Shown here: one piece after another, positions 28,511-40,025 of the stretch | Numbering within the stretch: the stretch's first letter is position 1 | Layout of the letters: every line of letters starts with the position of its first letter | From: an uncultured virus (IMG/VR IMGVR_UViG_3300025844_000016) | Lineage: Duplodnaviria; Heunggongvirae; Uroviricota; Caudoviricetes | Strand: one strand, 5' to 3' | IMG/VR virus record: IMGVR_UViG_3300025844_000016 | DNA length: 64,000 nt | The notes under the pieces: generated by a model | What the model saw: only the letters and a program-made list of their open reading frames with translations | Databases searched by the model: none | What the model was told of the DNA's origin: nothing | Position numbers and translations under genes: made by a program

Positions 28511-31500
28511 CGGCACGCGTTACTCAGATTGGCATCCAAGGGCTCGTAAAGGGCGATCCTGACGCACGTCTGGCTCAGATCGGTGTGCAGAGCCTTGTCA
28601 AGAATATCCCCGACGTGCGCGTCAGCCAATTGGGTATCAAGGCGCTTGCCCGGAATAATAAAAACGCCGACGAAATTGAACCCACCACACGACTCCTGCA
28701 AGCCACGACCAGTGCCTCGTTAGGTATTCCCGGTGATCCTTACTACAACAAAGTCTCTCTTCTTCTCCAAGCGGATAAGGGGTTTCGGGACCTGTCGAAA
28801 TACAATGACTATGTGAACGGAGATAGGGGGTTTTTGTTCATCCGGGACACGCCGGCTAAGTTCCTAAAGGCATTTGAATCTGTCTCCAGTAACACCATGG
28901 GAATCCGTTACGATCGCAATCCAGAGCGGTTCGATTTCGGACGCGGGGCTTTTACCATTGAGGGCTGGATCAATCGTCCGGCGTTTAGCGGTTTCCGCTA
29001 TATCATGGGTAACTGGTATCTGAAAACGGAGCGTTCTTGGTTCATTGGGACCAACAACAACGCCCTGACTTTCAGAGCCTCGATCGATGGGACGGAAGCC
29101 AACTTCTTCAATCTCGAAGGAGCGGACTTACCAGCCAATACGTGGACTCACATCTGCGTAGAGCGCGACATCGAGGGGACGGTCCGTATGTATGTCAACG
29201 GTCAAACCGTGGCAACTGGGACTTTTCCAAATGAAATCCGAAAGGTTGATACTAAGCTGATCTTGATGGGTAGAAACCACTCATCGTCTATTGGTGGTAT
29301 GAATAATTTTGAGGGCTTATTGGATGATTTCCGGGTAACAAAGGGGGTTGCTCGGTATGCTTCTGATGCCGGGTTTGTCATTCCAACAGCCCCGAATCCG
29401 ATTGGCCCTGTTGACTACGAGCCATTCAATACCGATCCTTTCTGGGATAAGACTACGTGTGTCCTCGATCCTTTCGATGGTGCTGCTATTGATTACAAGC
29501 GCGGAGCCACGATCACTGGTTTAACCGCAAGTAGCTTACAATTCAGCGGCGTCGGAACCATAGCGCATGTGGACGGACAATGGAACTTTGGTGGGCGGAC
29601 GGAGCCTTTCACCTTTGAAGTCGATATTGGTTGGAATAGTTCTTCGGGTAACAGTGTCGTTCAGATTATTTGTCCGGGCAACTGGCACCTCGCTACCGGA
29701 ACTTCTGTTATAGCCTTTCGCGTCTGGAATGGGACATCTTTTGTTGAGGTGTTTTCGTGGCCCAACATAGATGCTGACTGGTATTTCCCCAGAGCCACTG
29801 AAACCACAATAATTACCCGTGACGAGATGGGGGTTTATCGGTTCTACCAGCAGGGTAAATACATGGGTAGCGCCGTGGCTCCATTTGCACCTGACACACC
29901 GACGGCTGATTTGACCATCAATGCTGACTCGGCTCGCGTAATCCGCTGCTTGCGGATGACGTGGGACGCCGTTCGTTACCGGGAAGAAGACTTCATCAAT
30001 AGCCCGATCGCGGATTTACCGCCCCCGCGTAGTGGGCCGGCTTATGCCGCCCCGATCCTCCCGGATGCGACATACCCCTATGACTTGGCATTCCCTGATC
30101 CCAAGGACGGAGCAGTAACTTGGCGGAGCGTTGTCGGTGCCAGCCCGTCCCCTAGGACTATCCATACTTCTGGTGTTCTTTACGAAGAAGACCCGAATGA
30201 TCGCTGGCGTTGGGCTACAGGAAATTCTTCCACCACATTGTTGGATTATCATAGACTCCTTATCCCTGTTCAATATCTTGATGACATTGATGCAGGTGGA
30301 GTCTTCCTTGAATACTCCGCACTAGCGGCTGCCCCTTTCGATCACGCTGGGAACGGCACCCTCGTGGCGCTCGCGTTGGATAAGAATAGTCAAATGCTAA
30401 ACGCATCCAGCAGCGACGCTGTTGTGACGGATAAGACTTTCAAGAACACGCAAGGGGCTATGTTCCTACCAGTGGGAACCCGGACCGTTGAGGTGGGTAT
30501 CCTAGCTGGGTTGAGTGCTTTCCAAGGTAACTACGTCATGAGCCGCATCTCTGCCCGTCTCGTTGACGGGTTTGAGGATGCTCGCGAATATCTCAGCAAA
30601 CCGACTCAGTTGATGGGCTCGATCATCAAGACTGACAATACGGAATGGACCGACGCTCGCGGCGGCACCATTATCGATACAGCAAACCTGAGTTGGCTGG
30701 CTACTTCGCTGACCACAACCCAGAGGGTGATGGACCTTCGGTGTGTGGATGATCTTCCGAGCAGCTACTTCACCAGCATCGACAACGGACTGGCGGCTTT
30801 TCGTTTTAAGGCTATCGCAACTCAGAATGAGGTCGATGATTTTGGGTGGGCCTATGTCGAGTTTCTGGATGTGTCAGATCAAGTAGTCGGCCGCCGGGTT
30901 TTCAGTTCACCTAACCCACGGGTTGCATCGCCAAGGTTTGTGGGTCTCAATGTCGATTGTCCGATCCCGGTCGGTGCCCGTAAGGTCGTCATGGCTATCA
31001 TGGGCTCGATGAATTATGGCGAAGTCGTGAATGGCACCAACCAGATCAATTTCCCGACGAACTTCCACGAGGCATATTGCTACATCCCGGCGTCAGGGGA
31101 GATGCCAGTAATCCCGGTCCCGCCGACTCCGGCAGGGGATGAGCATTGGGATAACGTAGTCTGCCTTCTGTCTACCCGTAATGGGGTGATCGAGAATCTG
31201 GGTAACCCCCGATACAGAGAACACATCGCTCCGGTCGGTGTGTCCGTAGCCTCGATCGATTCTCCATTCGGAGACACAGCCATAGCGTCCAACTTGTCTC
31301 TGGTGACAGGTAATTCGTTCTATGTCGAAGTCAAACTGGCTGACTTTGAAGGAGGGGCCTTTGGTCCCCAGATGACTTTCGAGGGCTGGTTCTACAGAAC
31401 TCATCCAGTTAACACAGCGTTACCGAGTATCGGTATTCACAACCAGTTAAACGGTAATAACGGCGCTATTGATGGCGCGACTACTGGTATCCTGATGGAT

Positions 31501-31866
31501 GGTGTGACGACGACAAACGTCCAAAGCATCATCGATCAGTGGTATCACATCGCCTATTGTCGTGACGAAACTGGTAGAGCGGTTCTGTTCGTAAACGGCG
31601 AACGTCAGAATATCGGTAGAACCGCGTTTGCAACGTTGTGGAACCGGGTTTTCCGGATCGGCCAATGGAATGTCGCATCCAATGTTTTCGGATGGTGCGG
31701 GTATTACGACGAAATTCGGATTACCAAAGACGTTGAACGATACACCGAAAACTTCACACCTCCGGGCAATCGTTACCCGACCAAGCTGCCTTCTGGGTCG
31801 CTTTTGTTGAATGGCGAAACCGGGCGCTTGCTACTCTCCGGAGACACTGGTGGAATCCTTACCTAA
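28507..31866 (+). CDS. Tail protein with repeated LamG-like lectin modules
   Basis: 1119 aa; three modules starting DPYYNKVSLLL / DPFWDKTTCVL / DEHWDNVVCLL; FTIEGW..WTHI..DDFRVTKGVARY; three N-terminal 17-aa repeats. Confidence 0.75.
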   Translation: MTARVTQIGIQGLVKGDPDARLAQIGVQSLVKNIPDVRVSQLGIKALARNNKNADEIEPTTRLLQATTSASLGIPGDPYYNKVSLLLQADKGFRDLSKYNDYVNGDRGFLFIRDTPAKFLKAFESVSSNTMGIRYDRNPERFDFGRGAFTIEGWINRPAFSGFRYIMGNWYLKTERSWFIGTNNNALTFRASIDGTEANFFNLEGADLPANTWTHICVERDIEGTVRMYVNGQTVATGTFPNEIRKVDTKLILMGRNHSSSIGGMNNFEGLLDDFRVTKGVARYASDAGFVIPTAPNPIGPVDYEPFNTDPFWDKTTCVLDPFDGAAIDYKRGATITGLTASSLQFSGVGTIAHVDGQWNFGGRTEPFTFEVDIGWNSSSGNSVVQIICPGNWHLATGTSVIAFRVWNGTSFVEVFSWPNIDADWYFPRATETTIITRDEMGVYRFYQQGKYMGSAVAPFAPDTPTADLTINADSARVIRCLRMTWDAVRYREEDFINSPIADLPPPRSGPAYAAPILPDATYPYDLAFPDPKDGAVTWRSVVGASPSPRTIHTSGVLYEEDPNDRWRWATGNSSTTLLDYHRLLIPVQYLDDIDAGGVFLEYSALAAAPFDHAGNGTLVALALDKNSQMLNASSSDAVVTDKTFKNTQGAMFLPVGTRTVEVGILAGLSAFQGNYVMSRISARLVDGFEDAREYLSKPTQLMGSIIKTDNTEWTDARGGTIIDTANLSWLATSLTTTQRVMDLRCVDDLPSSYFTSIDNGLAAFRFKAIATQNEVDDFGWAYVEFLDVSDQVVGRRVFSSPNPRVASPRFVGLNVDCPIPVGARKVVMAIMGSMNYGEVVNGTNQINFPTNFHEAYCYIPASGEMPVIPVPPTPAGDEHWDNVVCLLSTRNGVIENLGNPRYREHIAPVGVSVASIDSPFGDTAIASNLSLVTGNSFYVEVKLADFEGGAFGPQMTFEGWFYRTHPVNTALPSIGIHNQLNGNNGAIDGATTGILMDGVTTTNVQSIIDQWYHIAYCRDETGRAVLFVNGERQNIGRTAFATLWNRVFRIGQWNVASNVFGWCGYYDEIRITKDVERYTENFTPPGNRYPTKLPSGSLLLNGETGRLLLSGDTGGILT

Positions 31867-31878
31867 AAGGAAATTGAA

Positions 31879-32466
31879 ATGGCTGATAAAGACACATTAG
31901 CATTAGACGTAGCGGGCCTGCTGGATGGCTCAGAGCAGGTTCACATCGTTCAGGACGGGGAGAGCGTGAGGACGAGTGCCGGCGACATTGCCGCTCTCGC
32001 GGGCGATCCCGGATCGGTATTTGGTCCTAAGTGGGAGATCGCTTTCCAGTGGACGTGGACGACTAACGTCACGATGGTCGATGCAAACAATCTGGGCGAT
32101 TACAAAGAACTGATTGTTATCTGTAAAGATATTTCAACCAGTGCTTCTGTTCTTCGTTTGTTACAGCTTAGCACCAATAACGGAGTGAGCTACTTTTCTG
32201 GTGCAACTGACTACACTCTTCTGGCGAATACAGGAACCCTGACCAACAGGAATAATGCCGCCAGCCATGTCAGAACCAACAACGGTCAAAGAACGATTTT
32301 CATGCGCCTGCCGACTAACATCGATGGGGCTATCAAGGTTATCCAGAGCAACGAAGGTAACGTTATTTTCCAAGCCAGCAACGCGAAGGTGGATGCCGTT
32401 CGGCTCCTGCTCAGCGCTGCTGGGAACATCACCGGCGGATCGATGATGATCCTCGGTCTGCGATAA
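31879..32466 (+). CDS. Small tail fibre-like protein (putative)
   Basis: 195 aa, AAGGA RBS, 'LDGSEQVHIVQDG' N-terminus, beta-rich C-terminus. Confidence 0.5.
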   Translation: MADKDTLALDVAGLLDGSEQVHIVQDGESVRTSAGDIAALAGDPGSVFGPKWEIAFQWTWTTNVTMVDANNLGDYKELIVICKDISTSASVLRLLQLSTNNGVSYFSGATDYTLLANTGTLTNRNNAASHVRTNNGQRTIFMRLPTNIDGAIKVIQSNEGNVIFQASNAKVDAVRLLLSAAGNITGGSMMILGLR

Positions 32467-32478
32467 GAAAGAGATACC

Positions 32479-33312
32479 ATGCAAGTCAAAAACCACATCC
32501 TCGAAGGCGTGCGCGTCGTGCGGTCTCCCAACATCTCCGGGTTCATGACACCGACTGGTGCAATCATGCACTACACCGCCAGTTTCAATGCCGATAGTGC
32601 AATTCGAACCTTGACAAATCCGGCTGCCAAGGTATCTGCACATTTGGTGATCGATACTGATGGAACGATCACGCAGCTTGTCCCCTTCAACCGGGTTGCA
32701 TGGCACGCCGGACCGTCGAAGCTGGCTGGCCGGACCGGATGCAACAACTTCACGATCGGGTTCGAGTTCGTTAATCCGGGATTTTTCCGGATCGCCAAGG
32801 ACGGCACAATCATGGATTGGGAAGGCAAGCGACCCGTCCCGAAGGCAACGTTGGACCGTTTCGATCTCAGTCTACGTGCGCCAAACCGCCGTGTGGGAGG
32901 CGGGACTTTTGTCTGGCCGGGGTATTCCAAGGCCCAGATCAACGCCGGCCTCGAAGCTCTCAAGGCCATCAAGGAGGCTTACGGTATCACACTGATCGCC
33001 GGTCATGAAGACATCGACACACGGGGCTGGAAGACCGATCCGGGCCCGGCTTTCCCGATGGGTGATTTCAAGGCCGTCATCCATGGCGGCGAAGATCGCG
33101 CCGATGGGATGCAGCCGGCTAAGAGCCGCTTCCTTGTCAACACCCCGCGCCTCAACGTCCGGGCCGCACCCAACGGATCAGGCGCGATCCTGACTACCCT
33201 GTCGGGCGGCTCTGAGGTGGTGGTGATCGAAGACCTCGGAGCGTGGAGTCATGTCGAATACGCTCCGGGAAAACGCGGCTACCTTGCAGATCAATTCCTC
33301 AAGAAAGGGTAA
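32479..33312 (+). CDS. Endolysin: N-acetylmuramoyl-L-alanine amidase with C-terminal SH3-like domain
   Basis: IMHYTA, VSAHLVI, AWHAG, IGFEF, GHEDI..KTDPGP amidase_2 motifs; LNVRAAP...W..V...GYL SH3b. Confidence 0.9.
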   Translation: MQVKNHILEGVRVVRSPNISGFMTPTGAIMHYTASFNADSAIRTLTNPAAKVSAHLVIDTDGTITQLVPFNRVAWHAGPSKLAGRTGCNNFTIGFEFVNPGFFRIAKDGTIMDWEGKRPVPKATLDRFDLSLRAPNRRVGGGTFVWPGYSKAQINAGLEALKAIKEAYGITLIAGHEDIDTRGWKTDPGPAFPMGDFKAVIHGGEDRADGMQPAKSRFLVNTPRLNVRAAPNGSGAILTTLSGGSEVVVIEDLGAWSHVEYAPGKRGYLADQFLKKG

Positions 33313-33315
33313 ACC

Positions 33316-33750
33316 ATGCCACTTGTTTCAATCCCGACTTGGGCAGCCGCAAAGCTCTTTTTCAAGAGCAAGAAGTTCCTGATCCCGGCCGCCATCATCA
33401 CCTTGCTGTTGGCGATCGGGGGCGGCACCTACCTCTATCTGAATCACCAACAGAAAGAGGCTGTCTCAGCAGCCGTCGAAGCAGCCGATTCCAACGCTAC
33501 GATCCAGACCTACGAAACCAAGGAAACCATCAACACCCGCACGATCGAAGTGGACCGCCGCTTCGAAGACCTCCAGCGGCAGACCATCAAGGATTACGCC
33601 AATGTCCGAAACCAAATCGAAGATGCCCCGGTTGAAGAGCGCGATGCTCAAGCCCCTCCTTTGCTCATTGATACTCTCAATGAGCTTGACCGCCTGCGCC
33701 AGCAGAGAAACACGGGTGGAGTTCCTGACGCCGACGTTCCGGTCGGATGA
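33316..33750 (+). CDS. Inner membrane spanin (Rz-like)
   Basis: N-terminal TM helix plus coiled-coil; follows endolysin. Confidence 0.75.
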   Translation: MPLVSIPTWAAAKLFFKSKKFLIPAAIITLLLAIGGGTYLYLNHQQKEAVSAAVEAADSNATIQTYETKETINTRTIEVDRRFEDLQRQTIKDYANVRNQIEDAPVEERDAQAPPLLIDTLNELDRLRQQRNTGGVPDADVPVG

Positions 33751-33946
33751 ACTGGTCTGCATGGATGCACCGGCCGGCCAGCTTCCATCTGACACGGCGC
33801 TGGTGACCGCAATCGAGCGGGTTGTCGGAATCGACGAAGCTGGTGAAGACTGCCGCCAGCGCCTCGACCGGGTGAAAACCAAGATCGAAATCTTCAACGA
33901 GGTGGTAGCGGCAATCAACGCCGGTAAAGACCCGAAAAAAGATTGA
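33644..33946 (+). CDS. Outer membrane lipoprotein spanin (Rz1-like)
   Basis: ATG 33644: MLKPLLCSLILSMSLTAC lipobox; overlaps i-spanin in another frame. Confidence 0.75.
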   Translation: MLKPLLCSLILSMSLTACASRETRVEFLTPTFRSDELVCMDAPAGQLPSDTALVTAIERVVGIDEAGEDCRQRLDRVKTKIEIFNEVVAAINAGKDPKKD

Positions 33947-33971
33947 CAATCACCGCCATTCTGAATATACA
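33943..33971 (+). promoter_or_regulatory. Sigma70-like promoter with conserved spacer box (thyX/ligase operon)
   Basis: TTGACA (contains spanin TGA) - atcaccgccattctgaa - TATACA. Confidence 0.7.
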
Positions 33972-34062
33972 GTCCGCCTTGCAAGAGCGAACGGCGGGGG
34001 AACGTCACTCACCCTCCGGGGTCACACGTCCCGCCAAGTAGCTCCCGTCCTTAGGAAACCCA

Positions 34063-34932
34063 ATGACCTCTGTGATTCTCTCCCCGCTGGTCAGCGCGAC
34101 CATCCTTGCCGACTCCATCTCGCCCGCCGGCGTCCGTCTGACGACCATGGAACTGGTCTACCCCCGCTTCATTCACTCTGAACTGATGACCCACCGCGTG
34201 TTCTCCCGGAACGCTTCATCGAGCCGCGCTATCCCGACCAAGCGTGCGATCAAGATGATCCGGGAGAACCCGGCCGTGCCCGCTTCGTGGCGTATGAACC
34301 AGCCGGGTATGCAGGGCTACGAAGTCGCTTCCGAAGAGACCACGCTGGCTGCCCAGACGATCTGGCTCGCCGCGATGGAAGATGCGATCCGTCACGCCGA
34401 AGCGATGGATGCATTGGGCATCCACAAGCAAGTGGTCAACCGCATCACAGAGCCGTTCGCTCACATCAAGGTCGTCCTCACGAGCGTTTACTGGGGCAAC
34501 TGGGATGGCCTTCGCCGGCATGGTGCCGCTGACCCCACTATCTGTGCGCTGGCCGAAGCGATTCACGAAGCACGAACCAACTCGGTCCCGCAAGACCTGC
34601 CGATGGGTGAATGGCACCTGCCCTACATCACCAAGGAAGAGCTTGCGATCCACGGCATCAATCTGTGCAAGAAGATCAGCACCGCCCGGTGCGCCCGTGT
34701 GAGCTACAACAACCACGACGGCACCAAGACGACGCCCGAAGCGGACCTCAAGCTGCACGATATGCTGCTGGTCGATCAGCCGATCCACGCCAGCCCGGCC
34801 GAGCATCAGGCGACTCCTGACCAACGCCGGTTCAATGGATGGGATAAACCCGAACTTCATGGCAACCTTGCCGGCTGGATTCAGTATCGCAAGACGCTGA
34901 CCGGTGAAAACATGGACGCCATTATCGGTTAA
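34063..34932 (+). CDS. thyX: Flavin-dependent thymidylate synthase
   Basis: PRFIHSELMTHRVFSRNASSSRAIP motif; HASPAEHQA. Confidence 0.85.
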   Translation: MTSVILSPLVSATILADSISPAGVRLTTMELVYPRFIHSELMTHRVFSRNASSSRAIPTKRAIKMIRENPAVPASWRMNQPGMQGYEVASEETTLAAQTIWLAAMEDAIRHAEAMDALGIHKQVVNRITEPFAHIKVVLTSVYWGNWDGLRRHGAADPTICALAEAIHEARTNSVPQDLPMGEWHLPYITKEELAIHGINLCKKISTARCARVSYNNHDGTKTTPEADLKLHDMLLVDQPIHASPAEHQATPDQRRFNGWDKPELHGNLAGWIQYRKTLTGENMDAIIG

Positions 34933-35004
34933 CCACTGCAATTCTGACTTGACAGACAGGCCCGCCTCCTTCACTGGAAGTGGGCCTTTCTAATTGGAGA
35001 CTGA

Positions 35005-37288
<2,284 letters not shown>

Positions 37289-37289
<1 letters not shown>

Positions 37290-37519
37290 TGGCTACGATC
37301 AACGTCGGTGAAGACGATTTCCTCGCGGTCGCTTTGGCAGCCGCCAGCGCCAAGGACGAAGGCGATATGGATCAGGCACGAGCGCTCGACAAGATCGCCC
37401 GCAAGATCAACGCCAGTCTGTCTTCGGCCGCGACCAAGCAATATCGCTGGCTGGGCGGTTCCACGAAACGTGAGCCCCTGCGTTGGCAGGATGTTCCTTC
37501 AACCATAGGAGAAAACTAA
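37289..37519 (+). CDS. Hypothetical protein
   Basis: 76 aa, GGAGG RBS, translational coupling. Confidence 0.65.
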
Positions 37520-37740
37520 TGACGCTGATCATCAGCTCAAAGGAGATAATGCCCACCTTCAAGGTCCGGGAGCCTGAGAAGGGCCCGCCGATCTTCGCAG
37601 GAGATGTGTTCGATCACCCGACCTACACCGCTGTCGTCGTCGAAGATGTCACGATCGATGAACGCTCGATGCCGCGTGAGCGCGTCGTAACCTTCCGCGC
37701 CGCCACCCGGCAGGAACTCGAAGAGAATGGATACATCTGA
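37519..37740 (+). CDS. Hypothetical protein
   Basis: ATG 37519 (TAATG overlap), AGGAG RBS. Confidence 0.6.
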   Translation: MTLIISSKEIMPTFKVREPEKGPPIFAGDVFDHPTYTAVVVEDVTIDERSMPRERVVTFRAATRQELEENGYI

Positions 37741-37951
37741 TGCCGATCCCCGCTGCTCCGCCGTCGTCAAGCGCAACCAAGCTGGTTACGTCATGACCGT
37801 CCTTGCCATCTTCCCGACCTCAGAAGAGGCGTGGGAGTGGGCTCAGAACGCCAATGAGTGGTATGGTGCGGATCACCCGCTCACACCATTGACGATCATG
37901 GATGACATCCTGTCCAGCCCGCCTAAGTTCCCTGTGGAAGCCATGCGGTGA
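37727..37951 (+). CDS. Hypothetical protein
   Basis: 74 aa ORF in a tightly packed operon. Confidence 0.6.
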   Translation: MDTSDADPRCSAVVKRNQAGYVMTVLAIFPTSEEAWEWAQNANEWYGADHPLTPLTIMDDILSSPPKFPVEAMR

Positions 37952-38613
37952 AACCCGCTGGCGCTCCTCCCAAGGACCTCGGACTGGTAGCTCTCACACC
38001 CAGCGAGATGATGTTCTGGATGTATCTTCCGGTGTCCGAACCGGGGAATATGCTGGCGCTCGTGCCACATAACCTCAGACAGTTCGACCCCATCCTTTCG
38101 GCTGTGCGCGCTGACGATCCGGACCGATGGATGGACAGCTACGTCTATCTGACCGCGAAGACACTCTGGGTGGAAGGTGGATACATCGGCAACCGACCCG
38201 GCTGGCACATCGATGGCTACGGGACGGATGATGTGAACTACATCTAGTCTGACCGGGCCCCGACGGTGTTTCTCATCCAGCAAAACCGCTGGATGCTGTC
38301 CGAGGACTGCGACGAGTCGTTGCGCCAGATGGCAAAGATCGGCCGCTATGCCGAAGCCTTCGACCACGTAGGTCTCCGCACCTACCCGGACAAGCACTTG
38401 CTCCGTCTGGACAACACGGTTCTGCACAGATCACCCACCGGATTCGAGGCTGGGATGCGGACCTTCGTGAAGGTCTCCCTGAGCCGGGATCGCTACAACC
38501 TCAAAGGCAATTCGGTGAACCACCTCTTGCCTGAGACTCACTGGCCTCTTGTCGATCGACAGGAAGTCCGCAACCACCCGGCGTTCAAGAACTCCGACTT
38601 CATCAAGGATTGA
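37948..38613 (+). pseudogene. 2OG-Fe(II) dioxygenase-like gene interrupted by one in-frame TAG (38245-38247)
   Basis: ORFs 37948..38247 and 38266..38613 share a frame: RPGWHIDG..DDVNYI*SDRAPTVF...LHRSP...RTFVKVS (HxD...H...R layout). Confidence 0.65.
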
Positions 38614-38615
38614 TC

Positions 38616-38945
38616 ATGGGATACCATCTCTTTCTTGATGATGTTCGTATGCCCGGTGATGTTACTTGGGTAGAAATCCCGCCGGCTCGATACGTGATCG
38701 TCAGGAGCTACGATGAGTTCCGATCCTGCATTGGTGAGTTCGGGCTACCAGTTCATATCTCTTTCGACAACGACCTCGCCGACGGTGATAAGGAAGGGAT
38801 TCACTGCGCTAAATGGCTGGTCGATGAGATCATGGATGGACGCCTGACTGGTGACTTTACCTACACCATTCATTCGAAGAACCCGGTTGCAGCCGAATGG
38901 CTTAACGGATTCCTAAACAACTTCTTCACACATTGGGAGCCGTGA
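38616..38945 (+). CDS. Cyclic-phosphate-processing receiver-like domain protein
   Basis: LFLDDVRMP, ISFDNDL, G..CAKWL, IHSKNPVA motifs. Confidence 0.7.
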   Translation: MGYHLFLDDVRMPGDVTWVEIPPARYVIVRSYDEFRSCIGEFGLPVHISFDNDLADGDKEGIHCAKWLVDEIMDGRLTGDFTYTIHSKNPVAAEWLNGFLNNFFTHWEP

Positions 38946-39565
38946 TGGGATATATTATTCAACAAGCAAACGAGGCGTTCCAGCGGAATCATTATTCGTC
39001 CGATGCGATCTTCTTTTTCGACTTCGATGGCGTTCTCGCCACGCAGTGCGAGGAGAAGATTTTCCGAATGGATGAACGTCCAATGGAGCGTCGTCGGTTG
39101 GAGGAGAAAGCCCCCTTTGCGTCTGTAGATGCAGCCCTCTATCCTAGCACCAACTACCTTCGGCACATGGTCTACCAAGGGTATGCGTGGGGATCGGTCC
39201 CAGACGCCCACGAGGAGGCCACCAGCTTCGCTCGATCGCTGAGTGACAGTGGTGACCCATATTTCATCGTTACGGCACGTAGCGGGCTTTGGGCGGTCCG
39301 TAGGCTGCTCGATTTTACCCAACAGCAGTTGATCTACCCTCAAGAGGTCTTCTGTCTCGGCCGGGCATCCAAGGCGCTCTTGCTGGCAGAGCTTCGCAAG
39401 GATTGGCCCGATCGTCAGTTCGTGTTCTTCGAGGACTCCGATCACCACATCGAAGCCTGCCGGGCTCTGGCTGATCCGCTTCTGGAGATCGTAAAGATCG
39501 AGTGGCCGACCTGCACCAAGAACGCCGAAGCCCTGTGCGACGCTTACCTCGGACCGGTGATGTAG
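38945..39565 (+). CDS. HAD-superfamily phosphatase
   Basis: FFDFDGVL (motif I), IVTAR (II), K (III), FFEDS (IV). Confidence 0.75.
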   Translation: MGYIIQQANEAFQRNHYSSDAIFFFDFDGVLATQCEEKIFRMDERPMERRRLEEKAPFASVDAALYPSTNYLRHMVYQGYAWGSVPDAHEEATSFARSLSDSGDPYFIVTARSGLWAVRRLLDFTQQQLIYPQEVFCLGRASKALLLAELRKDWPDRQFVFFEDSDHHIEACRALADPLLEIVKIEWPTCTKNAEALCDAYLGPVM

Positions 39566-39804
39566 TGGATGCGCTGGGATACCTGTGTCTTGGCTACTTG
39601 GTGATCGGAATGGTTCTGATAGCTGCCGGGTATATCCTCACGCCCCTCATCGAATACGATGGTGACAACAACATCCTGTTCCATCTCGGCGACTTCGCTG
39701 AGGATGTTATGGGACAACTTACGGCCGGCTATTTGCTTGCGCTGCCGATCATCATGGTCATCTGCTGCTACCTGACCGGTAGGGCACTCGGAGAACTCGC
39801 ATGA
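39565..39804 (+). CDS. Small membrane protein (2 TM)
   Basis: GTG start; two hydrophobic segments. Confidence 0.55.
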   Translation: MDALGYLCLGYLVIGMVLIAAGYILTPLIEYDGDNNILFHLGDFAEDVMGQLTAGYLLALPIIMVICCYLTGRALGELA

Positions 39805-39968
39805 AACGTTTCCTGATCAATCTCTGGCGGCAGCACAAGGACCCGCTCTATTGCCGCAAGTGTGAGCGCTGGAATATGCGGCTCCCATGGCGCGATGGGA
39901 ACTGGGCCTGTGTTCGCTGCGAGCTTACCCCGCCCCATCAATCGATCGATCACTTCATGGCCCGGTAA
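39801..39968 (+). CDS. Small zinc-ribbon protein (55 aa)
   Basis: MKRFLINLWRQHKDPLYCRKC...WACVRC; ATGA overlap, GGAG RBS. Confidence 0.55.
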   Translation: MKRFLINLWRQHKDPLYCRKCERWNMRLPWRDGNWACVRCELTPPHQSIDHFMAR

Positions 39969-39970
39969 TC

Positions 39971-40007
39971 AAAAAGGCCCGCTGGATCGCTCCAGCGGGC
40001 CTTTCCC
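39971..40007. terminator. Bidirectional terminator between convergent genome arms
   Basis: aaaaaggcccgctgga-tcgc-tccagcgggcctttccc, with A-tract on the left and T-tract on the right. Confidence 0.8.
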
Positions 40008-40025
40008 AAAGCGTGCCAACGCTTA

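Noticed and set aside
38245..38247. Genome-wide TAG reassignment (alternative genetic code)
   Set aside because: All other genes read through normally in the standard code and some end in TAG; only one internal TAG was found
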